The notes: a model not told the origin generated them from the letters alone. DNA of 56,253 nt from Sphaerobacter sp. (GCA_029961075.1 JASBVL010000060.1:1-56253), one strand, 5' to 3'; counted from the stretch's first letter, positions 19,366-30,349 are shown. Made by a program: numbers and translations.

Positions 19366-20043
19366 TCACTCCTTCACGCGCGCCCCGTCCGGATCGGTCA
19401 GGGCCGGCGAACGAGACTCCTCGACCCCCTCTGACTGTCCACTGATGGTGAGCTCGCGGTAGGGCTGCACCGTCGCCACGCCGCGCTCGTAGCCGAGGAT
19501 CACGACCTCGGTGTCCCGCGCGACGGCGCGGCCGGTGACGCTGCGTGCCGCCTCGCTGCGGCGCACGCCGCCGAGCGAAAAGATGATCTCGCCGACCCCG
19601 CGGGGCGGGATGCCCACGCTCACCCGGGCGATGGTCCCTTCCAGGGCGTAGTCGCGCGGGTCCATGACGCGCTCGCTCGCCAGGACGGCGCGCAGGAAGC
19701 GGGCGATGATGGCCGCGCCGGCGACGCCGGCCAGGATGGCGGCCAGCAGCGCCAGCAGGAGCGGCCAGCCGGCGACGTGGAGGAGGAGAAAGCCGGCGGC
19801 GCCGAACCAGGTCAGGAAGGCGAGCAGGGCGGAGAGGTTGAACACCGGGAGGTGCTGGGCGAAGTCGTGCCCGTGGCCACCCGCGTCGTGTCCTCCATGG
19901 CTCCCCGCGTCGTGCCCGTGCCCCAGCCCGCCGTCGTGGCCGCCGTGGGGGAGGTGGATGGCGACGTCGGCCGCGCCGAGGACGGCGGACACGAGGGTGA
20001 ACAGCGCGCCGAAGATGAAGCAGATGAGGAAGACGGTCTCCAT
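19366..20043 (-). CDS. NfeD-like membrane protein (flotillin partner) with a His-rich N-proximal segment.
   Basis: Membrane helices plus a C-terminal OB-fold-like segment. It lies 4 nt upstream of the flotillin gene in the same operon. Contains HLPHGGHDGGLGHGHDAGSHGGHDAGGHGHD. Confidence 0.78.
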   Translation of the reverse strand: METVFLICFIFGALFTLVSAVLGAADVAIHLPHGGHDGGLGHGHDAGSHGGHDAGGHGHDFAQHLPVFNLSALLAFLTWFGAAGFLLLHVAGWPLLLALLAAILAGVAGAAIIARFLRAVLASERVMDPRDYALEGTIARVSVGIPPRGVGEIIFSLGGVRRSEAARSVTGRAVARDTEVVILGYERGVATVQPYRELTISGQSEGVEESRSPALTDPDGARVKE

Positions 20044-20313
20044 GATTGGGGCACTCCGGGCGAGGGCACCAGGGTCGCGCCGTCCCGGCGGCCCGCCGCT
20101 AGCGCGCTGACAGGATCGTCAAACGTGTGGCCTCAGCTTACGCCGTCGTCAGGAGACGCGTCAAGCGCCACGTCCCGCGGTACCGGCCATGGTGACGAGG
20201 GCAATCGGCACCGCGCGGCGCCCGGGCCCGTCCATTGGCACGCGGTGTGCAGGACGTGGGCATGACCCGTAGTCACCGGTGTGCGGGGGCGCACCGAACG
20301 CAAGGAGGATGGC

Positions 20314-20550
20314 ATGGCACGCTTGATCGTCGCCAATAGGCGTGGCCACCAGATCATCGAGTGGGATCCGGCGGTGGACACCGAGGAGTCCCGGTCGGCG
20401 ATCGAGGAAGCTGAGCGCATCATCCGGGACGCCCGCCAGCGCGGCTGCCGCGTCTCCCGGAAAGTCGGCGATCAGCATGTCCTCGACGACGCCCCGTTCG
20501 ATCCCACCGTCGAGGAGTATCAGATCGTCGCCCCGATCGCGGGCGGCTAG
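20314..20550 (+). CDS. Hypothetical small protein, about 79 aa.
   Basis: ORF 20281..20550 with an internal ATG (MARLIVANRRGHQIIEWDP...). No family recognised. Confidence 0.3.
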   Translation: MARLIVANRRGHQIIEWDPAVDTEESRSAIEEAERIIRDARQRGCRVSRKVGDQHVLDDAPFDPTVEEYQIVAPIAGG

Positions 20551-20683
20551 CCAGCGGCACACCCCGAGCCCGCGGCGCGCACGGCGGCGGGCTCGGGGCG
20601 CTGCCGTTCGTCGGGCGGCCATGATCTGGGGCCGGTGCGGGCCGGGCCCCGGCCCGCGCCGCACATCAGCGACGAGGTGCCGC

Positions 20684-21169
20684 ATGAGCTTGCTCGACCG
20701 CCTGCTCGACTTCATCTACGGCTACGATCGGGTACGCGACGCGGCGGACGAGCCGCTGGATCTCCCGTGGACGCGCCGCTGGCACCACGTGGCCAAGCGC
20801 AGCGCCGGGCCGGATTTCCGGCGCGAGGACTACCGGCGCGCGCGGGCGAACGCCCGCGAGGTGGCCCGGATCACGCTCGGCGACGAGCTGTGGACGCGCG
20901 CCCAGCGCCAGGGCTACCTCGACGTCCCCTCCCGGCACTTCCCGGGGGTGACCTACCGGCTGCGGATCGGGCGCCGGGTCGAGGTGCGCTGCGCGCCCGG
21001 CGTGCGCTCGCCCTGGCCCTTCTCCTACCTCTGCGTCAACCCGACCTACCCGATCCCGGACGAGGAGTTCTTCGCCCACCTCTACCTCTACCTCCGCGAC
21101 CGGGAGGAAGAGGTGATCCGGGTGGCCGCGCCACAGCCGTGGGACCAGATCCTCGGCCGGACGTTCTAG
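20684..21169 (+). CDS. Hypothetical protein, 161 aa.
   Basis: Protein-like composition (MSLLDRLLDFIYGYDRVRD...). It is the C-terminal part of the 20342..21169 ORF. Confidence 0.45.
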   Translation: MSLLDRLLDFIYGYDRVRDAADEPLDLPWTRRWHHVAKRSAGPDFRREDYRRARANAREVARITLGDELWTRAQRQGYLDVPSRHFPGVTYRLRIGRRVEVRCAPGVRSPWPFSYLCVNPTYPIPDEEFFAHLYLYLRDREEEVIRVAAPQPWDQILGRTF

Positions 21170-21344
21170 GGGGCTGAGCGATCGCGGGGACGCGGCGGGC
21201 GGCCGCCGGGCGCTTTCCGTGGTCGGCGCCCGGGGTAACCCCCCGGGCACAGACCGCGTGCGGAGATCCGAAGAAGGCGTCCAACTCCATGCCCCCCAGG
21301 CCCGTGGCTGCCCGCGCGCACCGCCCGGGGCACGCAGTGCGCGG

Positions 21345-21430
21345 CTGGTAGGGGCGGGGCTTGTCCCCGCCCGGTGGATTGCCGCACGCATGCGCGATCC
21401 GGGCGGGCACACGGCCCGCCCCTACCGGCC
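21345..21430. repeat. Repeat family B cluster B2: GGTAGGGGCGGGGCTTGTCCCCGCC ... GGGCACACGGCCCGCCCCTACCGG.
   Basis: Seen in sequence. Confidence 0.65.
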
Positions 21431-21681
21431 CCCTGCGGCCGTGGAGCGGCGCCCCTCCTCCGCGTGACGGTCGCGGACCTGCTCGACCAGTAACGCACCA
21501 CACGTGTGAGCCCCGGGCCCAGACCACCCCCCGCATGCCAATCGAGGACCGGCCCGCACCCGCCGCGCCCATCTGCGCCGCCGCAGCGGCGCGCGTATCC
21601 TGGGGAGACGATCCACCCCCGTGCAACCCGTAACACTCCGCCACCCCGCCCCGTTCACCAGGGCGAGAGGATCGTGCGCGA

Positions 21682-22296
21682 TTGCTCTGGAGCAAAGGAT
21701 TGGACGTACTGCGCGGCTACCCCATCGACGGTGCGACGCCACAGGACGCGGTGGACGAGGAAGCGCTCGTGGAGCGGGCCCGGCGCGACCCGCGCGCGTT
21801 CGCGGTGCTCTACGCGCGCTATGCCGATCCGGTCTATCGCTTCTGCTACCGGCGGCTGGGCGAGGTGGAAGCGGCGGAGGACGCCACCAGCCAGGTCTTC
21901 CTCAAGGCGCTCGCCGCCCTGCCCCGCTACCGGGCCGGGTCGTTCCGGAGCTGGCTCTTCACCATCGCCTACCACGTCGTGGCGGACCGCTACCGCGAGC
22001 GCCGGCCCGACCGGCTCCCTGACACCACGCCGGAGCCGATCGACCCCGGACTGACCCCGGAGGAAGCGCTGCTGCACAGCGAGGCGCACCGCAGCGTCCG
22101 GGCGCTGCTGGCGCGGCTCTCGCCCGAGCAGCGGGAGGTCGTCGAGCTGCGCCTGGCCGGGCTGAACGGCGCCGAGATCGCCCGGGTGCTCGGGCGGAGC
22201 CACGGCAGCGTGCGGGCGCTCCAGTACCGCGCCGCCCAGCGGCTGCGGGCCGCACTCGACCTCGACACTGAGCGCGGAGGCGCAGGATGCGACTGA
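21682..22296 (+). CDS. ECF-type RNA polymerase sigma-70 family factor.
   Basis: Region 2 (YRFCYRRLG...AEDATSQVFLKA) and region 4 (LSPEQREVVELRLAGLNGAEIARVLGRSHGSVR). GTG at 21751 is an alternative start. Confidence 0.85.
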   Translation: MLWSKGLDVLRGYPIDGATPQDAVDEEALVERARRDPRAFAVLYARYADPVYRFCYRRLGEVEAAEDATSQVFLKALAALPRYRAGSFRSWLFTIAYHVVADRYRERRPDRLPDTTPEPIDPGLTPEEALLHSEAHRSVRALLARLSPEQREVVELRLAGLNGAEIARVLGRSHGSVRALQYRAAQRLRAALDLDTERGGAGCD

Positions 22297-24071
22297 ACCA
22301 GCGCGAGCGTGAGCCGATGGACGCCCTCGACCGCTACTGGGACGCCCTGGTCGCCGGGGAGACTGGCGACGACGACGCGCTCGACCCGGCGCTCGCGGCC
22401 GCCGTGCGCGAGCTCCACGCCCGCGACGACGCCCCGGCCCCGGACCCCGCCTTCCGGGCCCGGCTCGGCCAGCGGTTGGCGGCCGAGGCCGCGGTGCGGG
22501 GAGGATCTGACGCCGTGCCGCTGCGCGCGGACGCGCCGGGCGGGCACGACCTGCTGATGATCGGCCCGCCGGCGGAGGCAGACCAACCGGAGCTGGCCGG
22601 GCCGGCCCAGGGCGGCTGGCGCCGCTGGCTGCGCGAGGGCGCCGGGATGGCGGCCGCGGCCGTGGTGCTCGTGGCCGTCGCCGGCCTGCTGGTCGTGCTG
22701 CTCCAGGGGCGGGGCGAGGGCGAGAGGACTGCCCCGAGCGCTGGGCCCGAGACGACACTACCCTTGGTCGCCACCGATTCGGGGTTCACCATCAGCCTCA
22801 TCGGGGCGGATCTGGCTGGCAGTGCGTTGACGCTAACGTTCGAGGTCGCGGCTGACCCGCAGGCGACGCCTGATCTGGCGGTGCTCGACGGCCTGGGTCC
22901 GTCGCTCCCGCCGTTCACGATGCGCCTGTCCGGTCTCGAGCGCGATGCATCTCAACCGGGCCATGTGGAACCAGGAACGGCCCAAGCGCAGCCGTTTGCC
23001 GGCTATCGTGCCACGGTGCCCGTCCGACTCACCGGCGACGCCACTGACGAGGTGCGGATCACCATCACCGCGCTGCGGTTCGATCGACACCCGGGAGACG
23101 AGCCACAGGAGGTCCCCGGCGAGTGGCGCTTCACCTTCGTCCCGGCCGAGATCGCCGCCGAGGAGGCCGGGCCGGGCCTGGAGGTGATCGAGCCGGCGCT
23201 GGCGACGCTGCGCGAGGCGGGGCTGGTGTTCGACATCGGCCAGCGGTTCGAGGTCGGCGGCGACGCAGCGTGGCGCTCCGGGGAGGTCACTCTCGACTGG
23301 CTGGCGGTGGACCGGGATGTGACCTACCTCGGGTTCACGGCCGACCCACCGGAGCTGGCCGACGTCATCCTGCTCGACGAGCGCGGGTTCCCCTTGGACG
23401 AGCTGGCCGACGGACGGCTGGCCGCGTTCCGCGAGAGGGACGCGAGCGGGAGCCCGCCGAGCACGCGGTGGATCGCCTTCCCCGGGCTCGACCCGGCGAC
23501 CCGCGAGGTCCGCGTGCTGCTCATGCCCACTGCTGACCCGAGCATGGTCACGCCGGGCACGACAGCCGGGCAGTCGGTGAAGACCCCGGTGGCAACCATC
23601 CCGGTCGATCTCTCGCCGCTCGCCGATCTGCCGGCGCCGCAGCCGCTGCGGGCGCGCGCGACGGCCAACGGGATCGACATCGACGCGGTGGAGCTGCGGC
23701 GCGGGGTGGCGGTGAGCACGCTTACGCTCAGCGCGCAGGTGTTGGACCCATCGGCGTTGATTCCGGCCGACGACCTCGCGGTGGAGCATCAGATCCTCCC
23801 GCCGATCACGGCCACCGTGGACGGCGTGTCGGTGCCCGTGATCGGGCAGAGCGGGCCGCGGGGCAGCGCCGCCGACGCCGTGCCGATCCGCCTGGCAAAC
23901 CTGCCCGAGCGGGGCACGCTGCGGCTGTCAATCCCGTGGTGGTGGGTCAAGATCAACGAGAACGAGCGGGAACCGCTCAGGGGCCCCTGGGAGCTGACCA
24001 TCGACCTGGAGACCGGCGCCAGCGCCGTGTCACCCATGCCCAACGCGCCGGTGCCCGGCGGGGGCGACTGA
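22287..24071 (+). CDS. Anti-sigma factor-like membrane protein with a large extracytoplasmic domain.
   Basis: 10-nt overlap with the sigma gene. The N-terminal LDRYWDALVAGE is shared with the paralogue at 32227. It has a single TM (AAAVVLVAVAGLLVVLL). Confidence 0.65.
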   Translation: MRLNQREREPMDALDRYWDALVAGETGDDDALDPALAAAVRELHARDDAPAPDPAFRARLGQRLAAEAAVRGGSDAVPLRADAPGGHDLLMIGPPAEADQPELAGPAQGGWRRWLREGAGMAAAAVVLVAVAGLLVVLLQGRGEGERTAPSAGPETTLPLVATDSGFTISLIGADLAGSALTLTFEVAADPQATPDLAVLDGLGPSLPPFTMRLSGLERDASQPGHVEPGTAQAQPFAGYRATVPVRLTGDATDEVRITITALRFDRHPGDEPQEVPGEWRFTFVPAEIAAEEAGPGLEVIEPALATLREAGLVFDIGQRFEVGGDAAWRSGEVTLDWLAVDRDVTYLGFTADPPELADVILLDERGFPLDELADGRLAAFRERDASGSPPSTRWIAFPGLDPATREVRVLLMPTADPSMVTPGTTAGQSVKTPVATIPVDLSPLADLPAPQPLRARATANGIDIDAVELRRGVAVSTLTLSAQVLDPSALIPADDLAVEHQILPPITATVDGVSVPVIGQSGPRGSAADAVPIRLANLPERGTLRLSIPWWWVKINENEREPLRGPWELTIDLETGASAVSPMPNAPVPGGGD

Positions 24072-24149
24072 GCCGGTGGCCACCGAGAGAGCGTCATCCG
24101 GAGACGACCATCACCATCAGCCACCTCCCACGATGCAGCACACTGTCAT

Positions 24150-24250
24150 GTCTCGCCCCTCTCCCACGAGGGAAGCGGGGCCGGGGGTGAGGGGGACGAA
24201 CTACCGAGTACGCAATACAGAACACGCATTACGACGCATCACCCTCTCAC
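24150..24250. repeat. Repeat family A copy A4, a half element: core TCTCGCCCCTCTCCCACGAGGGAAGCGGGGCCGGGGGTGAGGGGG plus a right heptamer arm.
   Basis: Seen in sequence. Confidence 0.7.
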
Positions 24251-24287
24251 TCCGCCCGCCGCCGCTCCTCGCGGCCGGTGACCGCGG

Positions 24288-25391
24288 TCACCCGGAGCGG
24301 GACAACTCCAGCAGCAGTTGGGCCTCGGTCGGCGACTGGATCGGCAGGAAGGCCGCCTCGCGCAGGCGCCGGGCGGTGCCGCTGCCCGCCAGGAAGCCGC
24401 GGCCCCCCAGCACCTTGGCCTCGACCGCGACCGCCGCCGCGGCGAGCCGGGCGATATCGAGCCGGAGCTCGACCACCGCGCGCATGCCGAGCGACTGGCC
24501 GCCGTCCGCCACCGCGCGCCGGATCGCCCCGCCGAGGCGGGCGAGCCGCGCGTCCATCTCCGCGATCTCGGGCAGGAAGACGGTGGACGCGCCGCGCAGG
24601 TGCGCGCGGGCCTCGGCCAGCGACCGCGCCGCCAGCCCCCAGGAGAAGCAGGCCTGCAGCAGGAGCAGCACCGGCCGCACCCGGCGCATGAAGCCGGGGA
24701 AGTCGTCGCTGAGGATCCACTCCTCGCCGATGGGCGTCTGCGCCAGCGTCAGGGCGGAGCTGCCGGTGGCCTGGAGCGCGAGGAGCGCCGGGTAGGGCGC
24801 CACCTGGAAGCCGGGCGCATCGCCAGGGATGGCGACCACGCAGGGCGGGCCGTCCGGACCGGCCACCACGGTCACCAGCACGAAGCCGGGCGGGAAGAGG
24901 TTGGAGGCCCAGGGGATGCGGCCGTCGAGCACCAGGGCGCGGCCCGCCCGCCGCGCGGTCACCGGCAGCGGCGCCTGCTCCAGGACGTGGGCGATGGCGG
25001 GCGCGAGCGCGGTCGCGCCCAGCAGCTCGACCCGCTGCAGGCGCGGCGCGAGGGTGGCGCGCAGGAACGAGCCCTCGGGCAGCGTCGCGAGGTAGGCCAG
25101 CACCGCCCGGTGGCTCCAGAGCGAGAACGCCGAGCTCAGGTCGAACCAGGCGACCGTGGCGATCACGGCGCCCACGTCCAGCAGCGTCGGGCTCGCCTCC
25201 GGGCTGAGCAGTTCCTGGTGGAGCCAGGTCAGGCCCTCGCGGACGTCCGCCGTGCCGGCGTCGATCGCGGCCGCGCGGGGCTCGAAGTACGCCCCGATCG
25301 CCCGGCGCGTCTCCGCCGGCAGCAGCAGCGTCGTCTCCTCGGCCACGGTCCCCCTCCGTCCCTCGTCAGATCGCGTATCCCGCTGGCGCAT
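24288..25391 (-). CDS. Acyl-CoA dehydrogenase family protein.
   Basis: The C-terminal VLGGRGFLAGSGTARRLREAAFLPIQSPTEAQ resembles the ACAD HGG.G....RL.RDA...I.EGT signature. Confidence 0.55.
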   Translation of the reverse strand: MRQRDTRSDEGRRGTVAEETTLLLPAETRRAIGAYFEPRAAAIDAGTADVREGLTWLHQELLSPEASPTLLDVGAVIATVAWFDLSSAFSLWSHRAVLAYLATLPEGSFLRATLAPRLQRVELLGATALAPAIAHVLEQAPLPVTARRAGRALVLDGRIPWASNLFPPGFVLVTVVAGPDGPPCVVAIPGDAPGFQVAPYPALLALQATGSSALTLAQTPIGEEWILSDDFPGFMRRVRPVLLLLQACFSWGLAARSLAEARAHLRGASTVFLPEIAEMDARLARLGGAIRRAVADGGQSLGMRAVVELRLDIARLAAAAVAVEAKVLGGRGFLAGSGTARRLREAAFLPIQSPTEAQLLLELSRSG

Positions 25392-25499
25392 CGGCCGCCC
25401 TCCTGAACTCTAGCAGGCCGCCCATCGGCGCGCCGGGCACGGTGGTAGGATACGGATACAGGACATCCCAGCCGATGATAGCCCTGGAGCGGGAGCAGT

Positions 25500-28342
25500 A
25501 TGGCCGAGACGGTCGATGCCTCCGGCGACGCCGCCCCAGCGACCGCACGGCCGACCGCGGCGCGGCTGCGGGCGGCGCTGCGCCTGCTGGTCGACGACGC
25601 GGTGGCCGACCGGCTGGCCCTGGCCGCGCTGCGGGCCGACGGCGCCCCCGCGCTGGAGCGCCTGCTGCCGCGGCTGCGCTGGCGCTGGCGCTGCACCTCG
25701 GCCTCGATCTCCCGGCGGACCGGCTCGGCCGGATCGCCCCGGGGGACCCCGCGGCGGTGGGCCGCGCGCTGCTGGATGCCCGTCGCGCGGTCGACCCGAC
25801 CATCCCGCCGCCGTGCGGCGAGTACGCCGCGACGGTCGGCCGCGCGCGAGACGACACGCTCCCGCTCAGCGAGCGGGCGACGCTCCTCGCCCACGCGGGT
25901 GGGTGTGCGGCCTGCCGCGCGGCGCTGGCCGGGGTCGCGCGCGTCGACGACGCCCTCCTGGCCGCCATCGACCGCGCCGCCGGCCGGCTGCCCCCGCTCG
26001 CCCCGGCGCCCGGCGCGCGGCCGGTCGGGGCCATCGTCGCGGTGGCGCTGCTGGTCGCCCTGGCCGGGGCGGCGCTGATCGCCGGGGCTGGCCGGCTGCC
26101 GCTCGTCGGCGGGGAGGCGCGCCCCGCGGCGCCGCTCGTGGCGCGCCCGGCGGCGGCGCCGCTCGACGGCTGGCTGCTGCTGCGCACCCAGCGGGGCGTC
26201 GAAGCGCTCAACCTCGCCTCCGGCGCCCGGGTGCCGGTCAGCATCGGCGACCCCAACGTGCTCAGCGCCTGGATCGTCTCGCCCAGCGGGCGGCACGTCG
26301 CCTACTGGTCGCCCGCCACGAACGCGCTCGAGGTCAGCGACCTCACGGGTGAGCGCGTGCGGATCTGGCGCTGGCCGCCCGCGTAGGCGCGGGCCTCGCC
26401 GGTCGCCTGGATGGGCGACACGACCATTCTGGGGGTGGAGTACGGCAGCGCGAACGACGCGCGTGAGAACCGCCTGGTGGCGCTCGACGTAGCGACCGGC
26501 GACCGGCGGGTCCTCCACCAGGGTCCCCTCGCGGGTGCCTCCCCGTCCCCAGACGGGACGCTGGTGCTGCTCGTCGAGCCGCACGAGCCCGACTGGGCCG
26601 GCCTCAGCGTGGAGCTGCGCCCGCTGGGCGCGGGCGGCCTCGGCGAGCCGATCGCGCGCATCGACGACCGCTTCGTCGGCGCGGCCGTCTGGGCCCCCGA
26701 CAGCGGCCGCGTCTATCTCAGCCTGATCAGCGACGAGGAGCTGGGCCCGCCGCCCGGCAGGCAGTGGTCGGCGCAGGAGCCACGGTTCGTCGAGCGCGTC
26801 GATGTCGCGGCGCTCGATCGCGACGGCCGGATTCACCGGCTGACGGCGGTCGATGTCAACCAGTACGCGCAAATGCTCAGCGTCTCGCCCGACGGGCAGC
26901 GGGTGATCTACCAGCTCCTGACGATCCCCGGTCAGGCCGCAGCCCGCCTCTCCGTCAGCCTGTGGGAGACGCGGCCGGACGGGAGCCAGCGGCGGGCGAT
27001 CGCCGCCGACCTCCCAGGCCGCTCCACCGCGCTCAGCGACCTCCCGGGCCGCTCCACTGCGCTCTGGTCGCCCGACGGCCGCACCCTCCTGCTGGCGGGT
27101 CTGTCCCCCTTCTATCTCGTGAGCGACCCGACCATCCCCGGGGCGGGCGAAGACGGCAGCCAGTCGCTCGTCGCGGTCGAGCCGGACGGCACGCGGCGGG
27201 TCATGGCGGCGTCGCTGACGGGGTTTGGTGGGCAGCCGATCCACTGGCTGCCACCCGAGGCGATCCCGCCACGGCCGGCGTCCACGCCGCCCCCCGCCCC
27301 CGTGGCGCCGCAGCCACCCGAGCCGGTGCCCAGGCTCCCGGCCGGTCTGCGGACCGGCCCGGTGGACCGCACGAGCGGGGACGGCTACAGCGTGTTCCTC
27401 TGGCGGGACGACGCGCCGCTGGTCTGGAGCCGCGGCGGGCACCCCCCGCTGCGGCTCGATCCGGCGGATGCCGACCTCGACTGGTTCGGCACGGATCCGG
27501 CGCTGCTCGGCGTGGTGCGCCAACCGCCCGGCCGGCCGGGCACGGGCAGCCGGCTGACCCTCACCGTCACCGGCCCCCGGGTGACCGAGGCGACGGACTT
27601 GCAGGCGCGCGACACCCGGTACTTCGACCCGGCTGGCATCGGCGACGACCCGACCCGGCGCTACGCGCGCCCCCGCGCCGCGCCGGACGGCCGCACCACC
27701 GCCTTCTTCGTGGTGGACGAGGCCCGCGGCCGCGTCGCGCTCTGGCTCGTCGGGTGGGATCTGCCGGCGCGCGAGGTGGCCGCCTGGCCCGTCCCCGCGG
27801 CGCGCGGTGGCGAGGTGCCGCCGGTCGCCGCCTGGGTCGACGCCGGGACGCTCGTCTACGCCGCGCCCGAGGCGTGGCGGGATGGGCTGCCGCAGCGGGT
27901 GACGCTCCACCGGCTGACCCTGGACGGCGTCGAGACGGCGCCGCTCCTCACGCTCCGCGCGCATGGGGCGGAGCGCGGCATCGCGGTGACCGACCTCGCC
28001 CCGGCGCCCGACGGTGCCGGGCTCGCCGTCCGCGTGCGGCACTACGGCAGCGGCGGCGCCGCCGACTCGCTCCACCTGGCGCCGGCCCGCGACGTCACCC
28101 TCGCGCTGGAGGCGACGCGCGGCGCGGCCGCCGAGGGGCTGGCCTGGTCGCCTGACGGCCGCTGGCTGGCCGCGGCGCTCGACGACCGGGTGCTGCTCCT
28201 CACCGCCGACGGCCGCCGGCTCGTGTCGCTCACGGCACCCGCGGCCGCGGCCGAGTACCCCCTCTGGGTCGCCCGCGACGAGGTCTGGTTCACCCTCGAC
28301 GACGGGAGCGGCCCGCGCGTCATGCGGGTGCGGCTGCGGTGA
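25500..28342 (+). pseudogene. Disrupted gene for a zinc-finger anti-sigma (ZAS-like, H..GC..C) protein with a TM segment and a TolB/PD40-like beta-propeller domain. It has a frameshift at about 25671-25694 and an in-frame TAG at 26384-26386.
   Basis: Frame 0 (25500-25680) and frame 2 (25690-26386) both read as protein and join inside a GCTGGC repeat. 26411..28342 continues in the same frame after a single TAG. SPDG-type propeller repeats run throughout. Confidence 0.55.
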
Positions 28343-28570
28343 GGGGCACCGCGGGAGCCACCCGCCGGGAACGCGCGTGCGACGGCCGGCGCGCCGCCCA
28401 CCTTGGGCTCTCCCGGCCGGCTGCGCTACCATTCCAGTGTTTCACGGAGCCCGGCGACGCCAGCCGGCGCTGGCTCGCCTCTCCCGCCCCGGGGGAGGTG
28501 TGGCGGCCGGCGCGCGGTACGTGTGCCTGCTCGACACCAACCGCCGGCCCGGCTAGGGAAGGGATGAACG

Positions 28571-30349
28571 ATGCGCACCACCTGGCACGACCCTGAGACG
28601 GAGGAGCTGATCCTCCGCGACATCACCCTCGACGAGCCGTGGGCACTGCTCGAGCGCTTCAGCACCCTGGTTCGCCTGTCCGGCAGCGCGGACGAGGCGG
28701 CCGCCGTCGAGTACATCTCCAGCCGGTTGTCCGCCTGGGGGGTGCCGCACGCGGTCCATTGGCCGACCTGCCTCATCAGCCTGCCCGGCCCGGCCACCCT
28801 GCGCACGCTGGGGGAGGACGGTCGGGAGTTCCGGGTCAAGACGCTCTCCTTCTCGCCCTCGACCGACGGCCGCGAGGTCGAGGGGGATCTGGTCTACCTT
28901 CCCGGGAGCCAGGCGAGCGGCCTGGATGATCTCCTCGGCGCCAGCCGCGCGATCGGGGCGGGCGACCTGCGCGGCAAGGTCGTGATCACCGAGGGAATCG
29001 GGATCGCCGCCCGCGGCCTCGACCTGGAGCGGGCCGGGGCGGTCGGGGCCATCTTCATCAACCCCGGCGAGCGCATCCACGAGGGGATCACGACCACCAT
29101 CTGGGGCTCGCCCGACCTGTATCGGCGCGGCGGGGTGCCGCCGGTGCCGGTGCTGGCCATCAACCGGCCGGACGGCGAGGCGCTGCTCCAGGCGCTCCGC
29201 CGGGGGCCGGTGCGGGTCGCCTTCGCGAATCAGGTCGACACCGGCTGGCGGCCGATCCCGGTGATCGTCGCCGAGATCGCGGGGAGCCAGGCCGCGGACG
29301 AGTTCGTCCTGTTCCACGGCCATCTCGACTCCTGGCACGTCGGCATCGGCGATAACGCCACCGGCGACGCCACCCTGCTCGAGATCGCCCGCGTCTTCCA
29401 CCAGCACCGCGACCGGCTCAAGCGCACCATCCGCATCGCCTGGTGGTCCGGGCACTCGCACGGGCGCTATGCCGGGTCGACCTGGTACGCCGACACGTTC
29501 GCGCAGGACCTCAGCGAGAACTGCGTCGCCCATATCAACTGCGACTCGCCCGGCTGCCGCTGGGCCATGGAGTATCGGGACGTGGCCTGGATGGCCGAGG
29601 CGGCGGACCTCTGCCGGGCGGTCATCCGGGACGTCACGGGCCAGGAGGCGAGCGGGGCGCGGCCGCTGCGCGCCGGGGACTGCTCCTTCAACAACCTCGG
29701 CATCTCGACCTACTTCATGCTCTCCTCGACGATGCCGGAGGCCCTGGTGCGCGAGAAGGGGTACTACGCGGTCGGCGGCTGCGGCGGGAACATCGCCTGG
29801 CACACCGAGGACGACACGCTGGAGATCGCCGACCGGGACAACCTGCTGCGCGACATGCGTGTCTACGCCACGGTGCTGCTGCGCACCCTCAACGCGCCGA
29901 TCTACCCGCTCGACTACCGGGCCACGGTGCGCGAGATGGAAAGCCATCTCCGGCGCTACCAGGCGGCGGCGGGCGATCGCTTCGACTTCAGCCCGTCGCT
30001 CCAGGCGGCGCAGAGCCTGGTGCAGACGCTCGACCGCTTCTACGCCGCCACCGAGGCGCTCATGGACCGGGAGGTGGACGACCCGCTGGTGCGGCGCGCC
30101 AACGCCGCGCAGCGGATGCTGGCGCGCTACCTCGTGAGCGTGGGCTACAGCGAGGAGGGGCGCTTCCGGCAGGACCCGGCGCGGGCCATCCCGCCGCTGC
30201 CGGAGCTGGCCCCCGCGACCGAGCTGGGCCAGGTGTCGCCCGAGAGCGATCGCGCCCACATGCTGCGCATCCACCTGACGCGGGGCCAGAACCGGCTGGT
30301 CTGGTGCCTGCGGCAGGCGGGGCGGCGGCTGGCCGCGATCATGGAGTAG
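28571..30349 (+). CDS. M28-family zinc peptidase with an inserted PA domain.
   Basis: HGHLDSWHVGIGDNATG and WWSGHSHGRYAGS are M28 metal-ligand regions. Confidence 0.8.
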   Translation: MRTTWHDPETEELILRDITLDEPWALLERFSTLVRLSGSADEAAAVEYISSRLSAWGVPHAVHWPTCLISLPGPATLRTLGEDGREFRVKTLSFSPSTDGREVEGDLVYLPGSQASGLDDLLGASRAIGAGDLRGKVVITEGIGIAARGLDLERAGAVGAIFINPGERIHEGITTTIWGSPDLYRRGGVPPVPVLAINRPDGEALLQALRRGPVRVAFANQVDTGWRPIPVIVAEIAGSQAADEFVLFHGHLDSWHVGIGDNATGDATLLEIARVFHQHRDRLKRTIRIAWWSGHSHGRYAGSTWYADTFAQDLSENCVAHINCDSPGCRWAMEYRDVAWMAEAADLCRAVIRDVTGQEASGARPLRAGDCSFNNLGISTYFMLSSTMPEALVREKGYYAVGGCGGNIAWHTEDDTLEIADRDNLLRDMRVYATVLLRTLNAPIYPLDYRATVREMESHLRRYQAAAGDRFDFSPSLQAAQSLVQTLDRFYAATEALMDREVDDPLVRRANAAQRMLARYLVSVGYSEEGRFRQDPARAIPPLPELAPATELGQVSPESDRAHMLRIHLTRGQNRLVWCLRQAGRRLAAIME

